From Eledone cirrhosa (lineage: Eukaryota), in the NCBI GenBank assembly GCA_964016885.1, contig OZ024742.1:231198001-231262000 (forward strand): a stretch of 64,000 nt of DNA. The letters run 5' to 3'. Under the pieces are notes generated by a model that ran no database searches, had not been told where the DNA came from, and saw only the letters and a program-made list of their open reading frames with translations. The translations under genes and the position numbers were made by a program. Shown one piece after another: positions 1 to 13,200 of the stretch. Within the stretch, counting starts at the first letter, position 1. Every line of letters starts with the position of its first letter.

Positions 1-322
1 ATTTTATGAGTTTCAAGCGCTATTTATATTCTTGGGTCTTGTCTCAATAGTGGGATGTTCTTATGGATAATATGGTAGACCTCTGTATTTCTTGGATTGA
101 GTGTTGAGATATAGGGTAGAATATTGGATGTATCTGAAATTGTTTTTGCTTTTCGTAATTCTTGAATGTCTATTGCTTTAGCACGCTCTATTCCATTGTC
201 TATTAATAATGATGGATACTCTCTTTTGAGTAGAATTTCTTTTAGTTCTTGACATCTTTTATTCAGAGTTTCATAATTTGGAACAATTGTACAGATTCTT
301 CTTGGTAGATTAAATGTAATAT
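1..322 (-). mobile_element. Penelope-like element ORF fragment (region C-terminal to RT core, upstream of GIY-YIG), degraded; continues off window
   Basis: My translation of the minus strand gives ITFNLPRRICTIVPNYETLNKRCQELKEILLKREYPSLLIDNGIERAKAIDIQELRK...ILPYISTLNPRN, matching the PLE pattern IPFNLARRICTI...LL.R.YP...I..A...IP(F/Y)VST.NP; in-frame stop near 25. Confidence 0.8.
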
Positions 323-854
323 GTAATATGTGTCTTCATCCTTGAAAACAAAATGACTCCAATTGCATTTTCATCTTTTTCCTTTATTTTTACCCGTGTG
401 GGATATATTAAGAAAAAACTTACTTTCGAATACCTATACATATACATATGTAAGTGTGTGTGTGTGTGTGTTTGTGGACTGACCGACAGTTAGGCAAATA
501 GATAGAGAGATTTCCCTATTCGTTTACTTTCGCTTCGTATTTTACCTAATTTTGGCACAGCGTTCATCTTTAAGAATCATCCATTTCGCTTTGTGCCTAT
601 CACTGGAAAGTGATCCATCAAACGAAGTTGTCATGTTCTGTATATTTCCTTGGTTCCAATACAGAAAACTTGTGTCATTAATCAACAAGGCATGCTCAGT
701 TACTTGTATAGAATCCTCTTTGATTAGCTTGCCGTAGCTTTCTCACTAATTTTCCTGCCTTTTATCGCTAGTTTCGTCGATTCTATCTACATAATCAAAA
801 TGATATCCATGATATATAGTTTAGGTTCTGTGCATGAATAACTCGTAAATCTTG

Positions 855-994
<140 letters not shown>

Positions 995-1149
995 ACTTTT
1001 ATGGGCGTGTGTGATAAACGTACTAATCATACACGGAATTAAAACTCATACACTGTATATAGATAAGCAAGCAACGTGGGGGAACTTCAAAGTAAACCGT
1101 CACCATTAATATAAATTGTGTGTGCGTGTGTGGTGTTGATCCCATTGTG

Positions 1150-2310
1150 CAGTCACTGCGGCGAAAGCCTTCTACTATTGCTTCCTACCATGATGCGGAC
1201 TTTGTTGTACACTCAGAAGCAGACATGCAGTACACGATGGATAAGTATGTGCTCTTTTGGGAGTCTCACTGTCAGCTTAACTAAGACCAAAGTTATGTAC
1301 ACTCCAGCACCAACAGAACCTTGACTAAATTGTTGGTGGTGGTGGATGTTTTTTATTTGTATCTGTTTAGTATTCTGTCAAGTTAGGTACAGAAATACAT
1401 CTTCGAGTACAGAAATCAAGCACTGAATTTGGAAAAGTAGTGAAAAGGGTGTGGTCAGAAAAAAGACAACATTGAGGACAAAAATAACTGTATGAGGCAT
1501 GTATGCTTAGTTTTGTTATATAAGTGTGAGGCATGGACCACTCACCAGCGACAATTCAGGATACTTGAAAGACCCTACCAAACGTGTCTTTGGCAGATCC
1601 TATGTATTCAAAGGAGAAGCATGACACCTAAAACTGTTCTACAAAGATCAGTTCCCTTCTCATTAAGAGTTAAATATTCTGGGATGGGCAACTTGTTCAT
1701 ATGAATGACACACGGCTTCGAAAGAAATATTTTATGGTAAGCTTGTGCAAGGAAAAAGACCACAGCATAAGCTTAAGAAAAGGCACAAAGATTGTATTAA
1801 GGAAAATGTAAAATGTCTGGATTTAGATATAAATCTATGCGAAAATCAAGCTCTTGATCATAATATATGGAGAAAGACAATTATATGAAGGTGTTAATTA
1901 TTGGATGAAACTAAAAATGCAAAAGCTGTGCTAAAATGAACACCAAAAAAGGATGAGTTGGTAGGGCTTGAAAATGTTGATTATTGGAATTGCAATTTCC
2001 ATCACTGTGTCCTCTCTAAAGCTGGTTTTCTAAGCCATATGAAAACGCATGAATAGACAATGACTCAGGCAGATAATGATGCAAATCTCCCTGCACCGCC
2101 AAATGGGACTGCTTGTCAAATTTGTAGCAAGATATGTAAGACAGCATCTGGTTTAAAACACCATATTAAGATTCGTTGAGATGAAATTCCACATCCTGAT
2201 CCAATAAACCCAGTACATTCAGTGGCATACAATCTATTACTTGTGTCAAGAACTTGTAAATCTGTTGCTGGATTAAAACGTCACATGGGAGAGTGTAAAC
2301 TTGCTGAAGG
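1150..2310 (+). mobile_element. Degraded RTE (BovB-like) LINE, 3' part of ORF with C-terminal C2H2-like fingers
   Basis: Fragments SLTVSLTKTKVMYTPAP, LLYKCEAWTTHQRQFRILE, CQICSKICKTASGLKHH and [11 protein letters not shown]; many frameshifts. Confidence 0.75.
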
Positions 2311-2362
2311 TATTGAGATGATGTTGAGACGGCTATCATCTGAGAAGATGAAGCAATCATCA

Positions 2363-3080
<718 letters not shown>

Positions 3081-3271
3081 TGCATGAGAGGGGGCAGAAT
3101 GGGTATAAAAGAGGGTATAAACCCGACCGCAACGCTTATTGGTTTCGGTTTGTATGTGGTAAAAGGATTGCCACCAACAAGTCGAAACCGCTCGGCGTCG
3201 CAGTCAGATTTACACCATCTCCTTTATATATATATATGTGTGTGTGTGTGTGTGCGTGTGTGTGTGTGTGC

Positions 3272-3358
<87 letters not shown>

Positions 3359-3606
3359 CGTGTGTGTGTGTCTGCCTATGTATGTATGCACACACACACA
3401 TACACTTAATGTAGTTATACGTAACGTGAAACAATTTCTTTTACATTAGATAAACCTTTATTGAAGCGTAACGGATACATGAACTTTATTAGAAATAATA
3501 TTAAATTAAGTTTTAGCTGAACACTGCTTTACTTTAGAAATAGCAAATAGTAATAGTAAGAATCTTAAATTGATATGAGCAGCTATATATTATGTACACA
3601 TATATA

Positions 3607-3650
<44 letters not shown>

Positions 3651-3742
3651 TATATATATATATATATATGAGCGCAACAAGTAAACATTAAACAATCTTT
3701 TAAATAAATTAAAATACGATTTAAATATTTACCTCTTCTAGT

Positions 3743-3822
3743 GCCATGACCGACGGTTTCGCTAATCAAAAGATTGGAAAATCAGAGAATTTCCAATGGA
3801 AAGATATAGCTCTTCAGATAGC
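3743..3822 (-). ncRNA. Type I hammerhead ribozyme, long helix II
   Basis: Minus strand gctat-CTGAAGA-[gcta..attggaaa/tttccaat..tagc]-GAAA-ccgtcgg-TC-atggc; GUC site. Confidence 0.85.
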
Positions 3823-4128
3823 TTTTCCAAACCTACTAGATATAAATCCACGTAGATGTGGATGTGTCGCTTTCTTCCCGGTAAATGAATCAAGCCTTTA
3901 AAATGAGCCCCCACACAAATGGGCCGTTAGAAAAAGTGGGAATAATAGACTCGTTGATATTTCATGTTACTAGAAATAGCAGCAAGATACAACATTTTTT
4001 CGCCTAACATTAAGGAGAATTCAGATAAATGATATAAATATTCCAGTAGGCACTAAGTACCTACGGAAATATATATGGTGTCTATAATAGTGGTTGTTCT
4101 ATGGTACTAATTTGAGATACCAGAACTG

Positions 4129-4181
<53 letters not shown>

Positions 4182-4208
4182 AAACCACAGACCCTCCACC
4201 TCAACTCA

Positions 4209-4246
4209 CCTTTTGAAAAGCAGAGGAACTGCGAAACCGGTAAAGG
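4209..4246 (+). ncRNA. Minimal type I hammerhead with U3-A8 covariant core
   Basis: cctt-TTGAAAA-gcag-aggaa-ctgc-GAAA-ccgg-TA-aagg; helices I and II fully Watson-Crick, helix III palindromic (ACCGGT). Confidence 0.8.
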
Positions 4247-4625
4247 AACCAAATAAATATATATATATTTTTTTTAAAATAAGACTCCAGTTGCATTTTC
4301 GACTTCATCTCTTTTTCTTTATACTTTCACTCGTGTAGGACACCTCGGTTATTTTTCAATTTGTAAAAAAAACCTCACTTTCTAATATATATATATATAT
4401 ATACATATATATATTAGGTATAGGGTTATCCTAGATGCAGTAATGGTTAATTACTACACTGGATAGAGTTGACGTACGGTGAGAGGTTACTCAACGAGTT
4501 ATGGAAGAATAGTTGAAGAAACTGATCCTTCTATATTCCGGAGTGTAGATAAAGAATGAATAATAACAGGTAGACATCATAAAAAGGTAATTTATTCTGT
4601 GTGCTTACAAATGTTTCCATGTTTC

Positions 4626-4737
4626 TGCTCTGATGATACAGTGGTCACAGCATTTGATAATTGAGTTTTGCAAATAGTTATAAATTTGCACATAGCATAA
4701 CTAGGCTGTATAACCACCGTGGAAACATTTGTAAGCA
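4626..4737 (+). ncRNA. Type I hammerhead with extended helix II, inside a 55-bp perfect inverted repeat
   Basis: tgct-CTGATGA-tacagtggt...accaccgtg-GAAA-catttg-TA-agca; IR arms 4565-4619 and 4720-4774. Confidence 0.75.
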
Positions 4738-4775
4738 CACAGAATAAATTACCTTTTTATGATGTCTACCTGTTT

Positions 4776-4925
4776 GCTTTCTAGCATAGTTACGTCCCTT
4801 TACAGTTTGAGTTCAAATCCCGCCTAAGTTAACTTTGCCTTTCATCCTTACGGGGTCGATAAAATAAAATACCAGTAATGTACTGGGTAATTGCTGGCCT
4901 TGTGCCTAAAGTAGAAACAATTATT
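4776..4925 (+). mobile_element. 5'-truncated tRNA-derived SINE (dominant family)
   Basis: B box gagttcaaatccc, central motif ttgcctttcatccttacggggtcgataaaata, tail gtagaaacaattatt. Confidence 0.9.
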
Positions 4926-5182
4926 CATTCTTTATATATTTATATATATATATATATATTTCGTTTCTGATGTATGTATATATATGTATATATATAGGTG
5001 GGGTGGAAGTTTAAATGTTATTGGAAAGAGAAGTTGAATGTATGTTACATCATTGAACGTTATAGAAAGAAGATATAGTTCAAGATGTTATACATGGATA
5101 TTCTTCAGTTATGTGAGGTTTCACTATACCGAGGGTGTCTTCATCGGGAAATCGAGGAATTAATATTATTGAGTGAAGAGAG

Positions 5183-5402
5183 GGCAGTGGATTGACAGTA
5201 TCGGTAGAGGGTCGGGCGCCATGCTTTGCAGAATAGAGTTACGCCCCTTTGTGATCTGAGTTCAAATCCCGCCGAGGTTAACTTTGTCTTTTTATCTTTA
5301 AGGGGGTCGATAAAATAAAGTACCAGGCAGGCACTGGGGTCGATTTAATCGACTTTCCCCTCCTCAAAAATTGCTGGCTTTGTATCTATATAAGAAACCA
5401 TT
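5183..5402 (+). mobile_element. tRNA-derived SINE, full length
   Basis: A-box-like tggattgacagtatcggtaga, B box, central motif; imperfect TSD attat(t/a)gagtgaaga. Confidence 0.88.
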
Positions 5403-5414
5403 ATAGAGTGAAGA

Positions 5415-5765
5415 TCCGTGGCCTGCTTGTTAGACTGTTCGACTCACTATCCTAAGGTCAAGAGAGTTTTATTTGTTGCTGCCTGTTGTATCCTTGATTA
5501 AAACCTTTAATTTCACGCTGCTCCAGCAGTCAGTGGTTAGGGTGTCCTGAGTTCGGTTACTTGTTGCCCATTGTGTTGTTGAGGACAACTAGAAAAATTT
5601 CAGAGCCAGTTTTGTCACACACTGAATATATCTGAGAACTACGCTAAGATTACACGAGACTGTTTAATACGCAATTATATAAACATTAATCTTATGAGCC
5701 TGTTGTTCCTTTGTTTGAATAACTGAACACTAGTCATCGAAATCGACTGAGGTTCAACGACAATA
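5415..5765 (+). mobile_element. Diverged CORE-like SINE
   Basis: tRNA-like head followed by tatccttgattaaaacctttaatttcacgctgctcc; body related to 12860-13010. Confidence 0.55.
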
Positions 5766-5899
5766 TTATTAAAGAGGTTGAATTGAAGCTACAAGACCCG
5801 TCAACCAGTACAAGCATCGCAACACTAAAAGTATACGTGTTGAGGGATCGGATGTTACAGTGTTTGGCAATCGAACAGAAACAATTTATAGTTCGAAAG

Positions 5900-6181
5900 G
5901 ACTATGACAGTGTCTCTAATGCTAATGCCACAAAAATATGCACCCTGTACACTCTATAAAATAGTACTACTGGTGTCACGAAAGACGCACCCAGTACACT
6001 CTGTAAGATGGTCGGCGTTCGGAAGGATACCCAGCCATAAAACCCAAGTCAAATATGGAACGTTACAAGCTACGAGGGTTGCTTCAACCCGTCTGGTCTC
6101 ACACCATGAGAGCCTGTCCAACCCATGCCAGCGTGGCATGCGGACGTAAAATGATGATGATGATGATAATTATGATGATGA
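5900..6181 (+). mobile_element. Retroposon 3' tail ending in (ATG)n
   Basis: ccaacccatgccagcgtggcatgcggacgtaaaatgatgatgatgat, an RTE/SINE-type tail. Confidence 0.55.
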
Positions 6182-6581
6182 ATGTTGAGAAAGTTCGATC
6201 TGTGAGTTTTTTCCGTTATGTAAGGTTTAACTGTAAAGTGAGTGAGTTTTCATCGGGGAATTAATATTATGGAAGAGCGGAGAAAGTTGAATATGTGATG
6301 CATTATTCCATATCATGGGAAAGGGGTTCGGTTAGATAATGTTTGAATGTTAAGGGAATACTCTTCATTGGAGATTTAATATTATAAAATAAGAGAAGGT
6401 GGATATATGATACATGATTTAATATTATAGAGAAGGTCGGTTTGATAAGAGAATAGTTTTCTTCCTTTGGGAATTAAAACATATCTTTCATTTAGCCTTG
6501 TGTTTAACCTATATCACTGACAATATAAAACAACTCTCCATTCCCCTACTCTCTCTCTCCCTACTGTACAGTATATATGCA

Positions 6582-6694
<113 letters not shown>

Positions 6695-6764
6695 ATACTT
6701 ATACATCTTTATACTTTCAAACACCGGGGGAAAAAGTCAAACGTATGTATATATATATATATAT

Positions 6765-6807
6765 TACGAGCTGAGGATCCGTTAAGGTGAAACAATTGTT
6801 CTCGGTA
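6765..6807 (+). ncRNA. Minimal type I hammerhead
   Basis: cgag-CTGAGGA-t-cc-gttaa-gg-t-GAAA-caattg-TT-ctcg; palindromic helix III ACAATTGT; lies in a ~70 bp island between two TA runs. Confidence 0.7.
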
Positions 6808-6832
6808 TGGTGAACTAACTGCTGTGTAACCA

Positions 6833-6897
<65 letters not shown>

Positions 6898-7252
6898 ATA
6901 ATAATAAATTTGAAGACTAAAAGCCAAAGAGGGCTCGATAAGGATAAATATATATCAGATATATAAGAACCGTAGAGCAAATATTTATTAAAATAACAGA
7001 TTAAAGTTTAAGCAAAGAATCGCTGTTTTCACCCTTAACGGGATCTTCTGAAACTAACAAAGTCAATCTGTGAACGCAGAAGTAAATATTTCAAAAAACG
7101 TTGCAGCCGAAGGAAGACAGGAAGATGATACACAGAGAGAGGAATAGAAGCTTTCGCCGTATTTTTGACTAATGAAAGTGGGATTTAAGAAATGGATTAG
7201 TATTGAGGAGTCGAGCATGGGAGTCGAACCCCTATCTTTGATTATCCAGACT

Positions 7253-7260
7253 AATATATG

Positions 7261-7297
<37 letters not shown>

Positions 7298-7316
7298 AGG
7301 TGTGTTTGTGGGTGTG

Positions 7317-7357
<41 letters not shown>

Positions 7358-7436
7358 ATGTATATCTATATATGTATATATATGTATGTATGTGTGTATG
7401 TATATCTATATATATGTATATATATATATATGTATG

Positions 7437-7493
<57 letters not shown>

Positions 7494-7616
7494 ATGTATA
7501 TCTATATATGTATATGTATGTATGTGTGTATGTATATCTATATATGTATATATATGTATGTGTGTATGTATATCTATATATATATATGTATATATATATA
7601 TATGTGGGTTTGTATG

Positions 7617-7651
<35 letters not shown>

Positions 7652-7700
7652 ATGTATATCTATATATGTATATATATGTATGTATGTGTGTATGTATATC

Positions 7701-7795
<95 letters not shown>

Positions 7796-7850
7796 ATCTA
7801 TATCTATATATATGTATATATATGTATGTATATATATATATATATATATC
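7253..7850. repeat. Compound TA/TG/TATG microsatellite
   Basis: Direct observation. Confidence 0.95.
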
Positions 7851-8008
7851 GCTTCGACCCCTCCCCCCTCCCAACTCCACCCGCCGCCACCCTTACACGC
7901 CTCACACTTGTTCATCTTATTGTTTATTCTTATGTTTATTTTTACGTTTATTTTTATTTTTATTTGTTCTCCTTCCCCCTTTTTTCTAAATGTATTTCCA
8001 CACACCAA

Positions 8009-8036
8009 CTGAAGAAGGGCTTATGCCCGAAACGTC
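8009..8036 (+). ncRNA. Minimal hammerhead core, helix I lost
   Basis: CTGAAGA-A-gggc-ttat-gccc-GAAA-cg-TC followed by a (GTC)n expansion. Confidence 0.55.
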
Positions 8037-8146
8037 GTCGTCGTCGTCGTCGATGTCTCCCCCCCCCCCCCCCTCACAAGAGCGTGAACCTAATAAACCT
8101 TTATTAGTCTGCCTCTCTGTTTTGTTCCCGTATAAATGTGTGTGTG

Positions 8147-8211
<65 letters not shown>

Positions 8212-8243
8212 AGAGTTAAATAGTTTTATTATATGATAATATA

Positions 8244-8350
8244 ATCCCGCCGAGGTTGACTTTGCCTTTCATCCTTACGGGGTCGATAAAATAAAGTACC
8301 AGTAATGGACTGGGTAATTGCTGGCCTTGTGCCTAAAGTAGAAACAATTA
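8244..8350 (+). mobile_element. 5'-truncated SINE
   Basis: Central motif and tail; TSD attatatgata. Confidence 0.88.
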
Positions 8351-8649
8351 TATGATATCATTTATATACCATTAGACATGATAGTGGTAATGTCTGTGTA
8401 TACCAGTCAGTATAGCTAGGCATACCTCATCCAATATGCACTTCAGTTTTTAGACAGTAGAACGTGATTTTTTTACTTACTATCATGTTGAACAAATTTG
8501 TTTACTTACTATCATGTTGAACAAACAGGTGAAGGTTTTGTATATAAATATATTGTATTATATTATAGTTTTGAATATAATTTTCTTGTATTCAAGCAGG
8601 CTATATATCGTATTTAGGAAAATTAATATTACTCTATATGTAAATCATG

Positions 8650-8696
<47 letters not shown>

Positions 8697-8712
8697 TTAT
8701 TATATATTCATA

Positions 8713-8900
8713 GGGCGGTGAATTGGCAGTATCGGTAGAGGGTCGGACATGCTTTCCAGCATAGTTACGTCCCTTTACGATCTGAGTTCAAATCCTGCCG
8801 AGTTTAACTTTGCCTTTCATCCTTACGGGGTCGATAAAACAAAGTACCAGTAATGTACTGGGTAATTGCTGTCCTTGTGCCTAAAATAGAAACAGTTATT
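8713..8900 (+). mobile_element. Full-length SINE with 17-bp TSD
   Basis: gttattatatattcata at 8696-8712 and 8895-8911. Confidence 0.92.
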
Positions 8901-9154
8901 ATATATTCATATTCATCTTGAATAAGTCAAATAGTTTTTCATTGAGTAAGACTACCAATTCTGTTAGATGCACAGTGGTGAAAGGGGCTAAGAGTGTCAT
9001 TATCATTAGTTCGGAAATAGAAGGTTCTGCGTTCGAATCCCATTTGGTATTTTGTACATATCAATATTTTAGGCATTTTTAGAGCCTTGCAGATCTATCT
9101 GATGGAAATGGCAAGTAGGTGTAAATATTGTTTTGTTTTGTTTTTTTTTATTTA

Positions 9155-9358
9155 GACACAGGGCCAGCAAATTTGGAAGATGATCAAAGTTGATTAAATC
9201 AGCTGCAATCCTTGACTATTATTTTATGTTAACGATCCCGGAAGGATAAAAGGCAAAGTTGAACGTGGACAAATTTGAACTAGGGATGTAAAGAAGCAGA
9301 TCAAATAACGCAATGGTATTTTATCCGACAATCTACCAAATCTGCGCATCTACCGCCC
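9155..9358 (-). mobile_element. Older SINE copy
   Basis: Reverse complement of the central motif (ggataaaaggcaaagttga, atttgaact). Confidence 0.7.
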
Positions 9359-9649
9359 TTATGTAGATGTAAATTTCGAAAATGGGGTTAATATTCCCAC
9401 AAATTATAATTACATTAAGACGTCTTAAATAATGCGGCATTTATTCCAACTACATGCGCTCTGAGCTCAAATCCCACCGAGGTTAACTTTCCTTTTACTA
9501 ACTGAAGTTTCAACTTTAACTACAAAGCACTTTCGTCAATATATATATACATATATATATATATGTGTGTGTGTGTTTGTTTGTTTTTTTCTCCGGGAGT
9601 GGTCAGTGATCTGGTGGGGGTACCTTTGTTCAAATGGCTGGTTTAGTCC

Positions 9650-10915
9650 TGCTAAATGTCTTGTATTAAATTTATTACACTCATGGCGGCAAGAGGCTAG
9701 ACAGGCCAAAAAGCAAGTGGAAATGGGTGAGTGGAGCCTACTTTCCGAGGCAAAATCTAACTCGGGAGGACGCCCTCCGTGCAATTTATGCTGTTTGCCA
9801 AGGACCAATTATTAAACAAAAAGGATGAACTCGTTACCCCGTGTAAACACAGAATATATAGGACATATTTTTACCTTCAAACCCTCTCACGACCCAGGTG
9901 GGTAGATCTTGGCTTTGATATCCTTCCCACTTACATACTAAGATGGAGGAAACCCTAAGCATCCTTAGGTAGATATAGAATATTTTCATTATTGTAAACA
10001 CTCCCTAAACATCCTTAGTTAGAAATAGAATATTTTCATTATTGCATAAATATACATATTTCCCTATAGGACCAGCCGAATAGATAGTCATGGCACATTA
10101 CTAAACCTATTACTCATAGTTTAAGCACGAGGCACAAGTTTACTCGCAGCCATTACCGGACTGCCGCAATGGCACGCCTGATATATAGAGTAAATGTGTA
10201 CTATCATATAAACTTATATTAGGCCAGTGCATAAGCACCATCAAAAACTATAGCGTTAGAATTGTTAAAGAAAGCTATTAGCTAGCATTCAATTCTATTA
10301 CTTCCTTTTGCTAACGTATTGCGATGGCTTTCATATACATGTTAAAATTACACTTTGAGGTATTTCTTATATAAAACAGGAACCTACTTTACTATAGAAC
10401 CTTAGCAAACTTACAACAGCACGAGAACCGAAATAATTAGTACTATCTTTAAGATTAATGGTAGATTTATTGGTGTTTGAAATAAGCAACTTAGTGAATG
10501 AGGCCCTTTTCCCGGGCCATAGAGCAATTGATAACTAGATTTATCTATGAGGAGGAGAAATAGTAATAAATTATAAATGCTTAGCTTTTTAGCAAACTGT
10601 AAAGAAAAAGCAAATTAACAAACACATAAATATACCACGCCATGAATTAAATACGCCAAAATTATATTTTCTCTCGTTGGTTTTTTTCTCTTGAATATAA
10701 TGAAGTTAAGTACAATACCATTTCTACCGATTAGAAATAGTTACTAAGGAAAATGTCTCTCTTAATAGCATGTGTGCACGACTGACTGGCTTAACACTTT
10801 CAGGTCAATAAGTCTATCTCGCCTATTTCCTCTTGCTTTTTGGCCTATCTAGCCCCTTGCCGTCATAAGTGTAATAAATATAATTGTTTCTACTTTTGGC
10901 ACAAAAACTAAACAG
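9650..10915. mobile_element. Putative non-autonomous element bounded by ~80-bp inverted repeats
   Basis: 9669-9745 is the reverse complement of 10810-10880 (ttattacact.atg.cggcaag.ggctaga.aggccaaaaagcaag.ggaaat); no ORF inside. Confidence 0.5.
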
Positions 10916-12859
10916 CAGACTACTTTCACAGTTAAACTAGAGGAGGCATGTTAGGGCAATACCCACTAACCAATGATTTTGCACTTTTTAAAGACAAGAT
11001 TGCGAAATATTTTTTTCTATTCACTAATTTATTATTTTGAAAACAAAAATATTCATATTGATATAATCAAGAGGGAAACAACTTAATTAATTTTGTTTCC
11101 TTTTCTTCTATTTTGTTCTCTTTGTCCAGTTGCAAGACGCTGAAAATGTTTATTATCAACCAAACGAAGAAAGGAAGTTGACAGTTCATATTGAATGGAT
11201 TAGTTCTTGTTTATTAGTTCGACCGACTTACCATACGATTGATGACGTCAGCAGAGTACACAAGCACCAGATGTTGTAAGAATATTTATATAAATAATAT
11301 TTATTAACATTATATAAATTGTGAAAGCATTGTGACAATATAATAAATAGAAATGATTAAAAACCCAAACAATACATATAAAGAATAAAACTTGGTGTTT
11401 TATTCATACATTTTTCAGTCGTAAAACAAAAACTCTTTCATTTGTGAATATAAGTTTGTTCCCAGCTTTTAGGATGACTTCTACTAAATCAAACTTCGAC
11501 CGTTATCCAACACTAAAATGTTCCTGCGGTGAACAAACAAAACAGATCTTATATTCCCTGATGAGATTGTTTTAAGACTGAAAATTTTATGAACAAAACA
11601 CTATGTTTTAATTATTTGTACGCATTATTTGGTCTTCTAATCATTTATAATTATGTATTGACGTTGTTTCGCTGTGTATCTGGTGTAAGATTGATGATGT
11701 CAGTAGAATATACAAGTACCAGATGTTGTAAGAATATTTATATATATAATAGTTATTCACATTGTTTCGCTATGTGGTGCATCACAACATACTCCCTCCA
11801 CCATATAAAAGCCCAAACGTTTAAGTACTAGTGTGTGTACACTCTGGTATCTCAAACACTATAGATACTAGAACATCCAAGTTTGTATCAGCATTTATAA
11901 ATCCTTTACTAAGCATTCTTATCTCCTTCCTACTATCTTTTAACTTCAGATTTTCTTATATCCTTAAAGTAAACGAATTTGTTTTAACACAAAAGTTCAC
12001 CCTACGGAGGCAACGACCACATATTCCACGATTGGAAAGAAAACTGAGATTTATTGCAAATGGCAGTATGATATTTCAAACGAATAAGGCTGAAGAACCA
12101 GGGGTTATATAGTTAATTTGTAATGCCTGGCGCTTAAATTGAGCGACCTTACATAGGCAAAGTAGCTGGATCGTGTTGTATGTTGGTTCTATTTTATGTG
12201 TGTAGTGTAATGAGTGCAAGATTAATCTTATGAACAGAATTGTTTCCCCAGTTGAACAGAGGGATTATGTTCCAAATGAAAACATCTTAACATCTTAAAG
12301 ACAACTTATCGGGCGGATCAAAGGGAATTCTGAAATATACCCAACGGGTACTAACAACCATGAATGACTTGACTAGATATTTAATCACATAATGAATTCT
12401 CTTAGATATGTGTGTTTAATATTTACGCCAGAAGCGAGTGGTGAATGGTAGAATAGGTAGACCGTCAGCTAAAATGTCATAGCGACATTTGTTCTGAATC
12501 TTTACATTGTGGGTTCAAATCCTGCTGAGGACAGACTCCCTAGAACGACGAACTGGAAAAGCTGTTAGAGCGTCAGACCAAATACCTTGCAGTATTTGTT
12601 TCGGCTCCCTGCACTTTGAGTTCAAATCAAACTGAAATCAATGTTTCTTTTCATCCTTTTGGGGCCGGTAAAATGAAGCAGCAGTTCAGTCCACAAATAG
12701 CAAGAAGAAATACCGCAAGGTATCTTGTTCAGCACTCTAATGATGCCGCCATGACTGACCTAGAGTTAAGCATAAACAGTAACCACTAGGGAAATGTTAC
12801 GAATATAACATAACTCTAATGTAGAAAATAAGGTAAAGGTAAATGGATCTCAGTCGGTT

Positions 12860-13200
12860 TTGACGATTAGTGTTCCAGTTATTCGATTAAGGAACTAGTC
12901 AGCTCGTGAACTTAACGCGCAAGTGGTTAAGCATTCCGCAGACTCGTGTAACCTTAACGTAATCCTTTGACAGATTCAGCGTAATACAGTGTGTATGAAA
13001 AGGCTAGTGCTTTGAATTACAGGTTCAGTTCGTCCAACGGGCTTCTAAACAGTTTCCGTCTACCTAATTTCACTTACAAAACATGGGTCAAGCCGATGCT
13101 ATGGAAAAATGACACTTTCCTTAGATGTTATGCAGTGGGATCGAACCCGGAGCTTTATGATTGCGAGTGGACCTCTTAACATTTTACTCATGTTAAAACT
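12860..13200 (-). mobile_element. SINE fragments of a second family (also 19100-19235 -, 32670-32850 +)
   Basis: Reverse complement shows B box gggttcgatcccactg and ...aaattaggtagacggaaactg shared with the other copies. Confidence 0.6.

Noticed and set aside
5030-6480. Degenerate repeats with ttcatcggg...aattaatattat, possibly hammerhead relics on the minus strand
   Set aside because: Core mismatched and helices could not be closed.
8970-9050. tRNA-like sequence with B box gttcgaatcc
   Set aside because: No convincing cloverleaf; at best a decayed SINE head.
11130-11200. Strong splice acceptor with frame LQDAENVYYQPNEERK (similar acceptors at ~46313 and ~51270)
   Set aside because: No matching donor or recognisable protein; needs RNA-seq.
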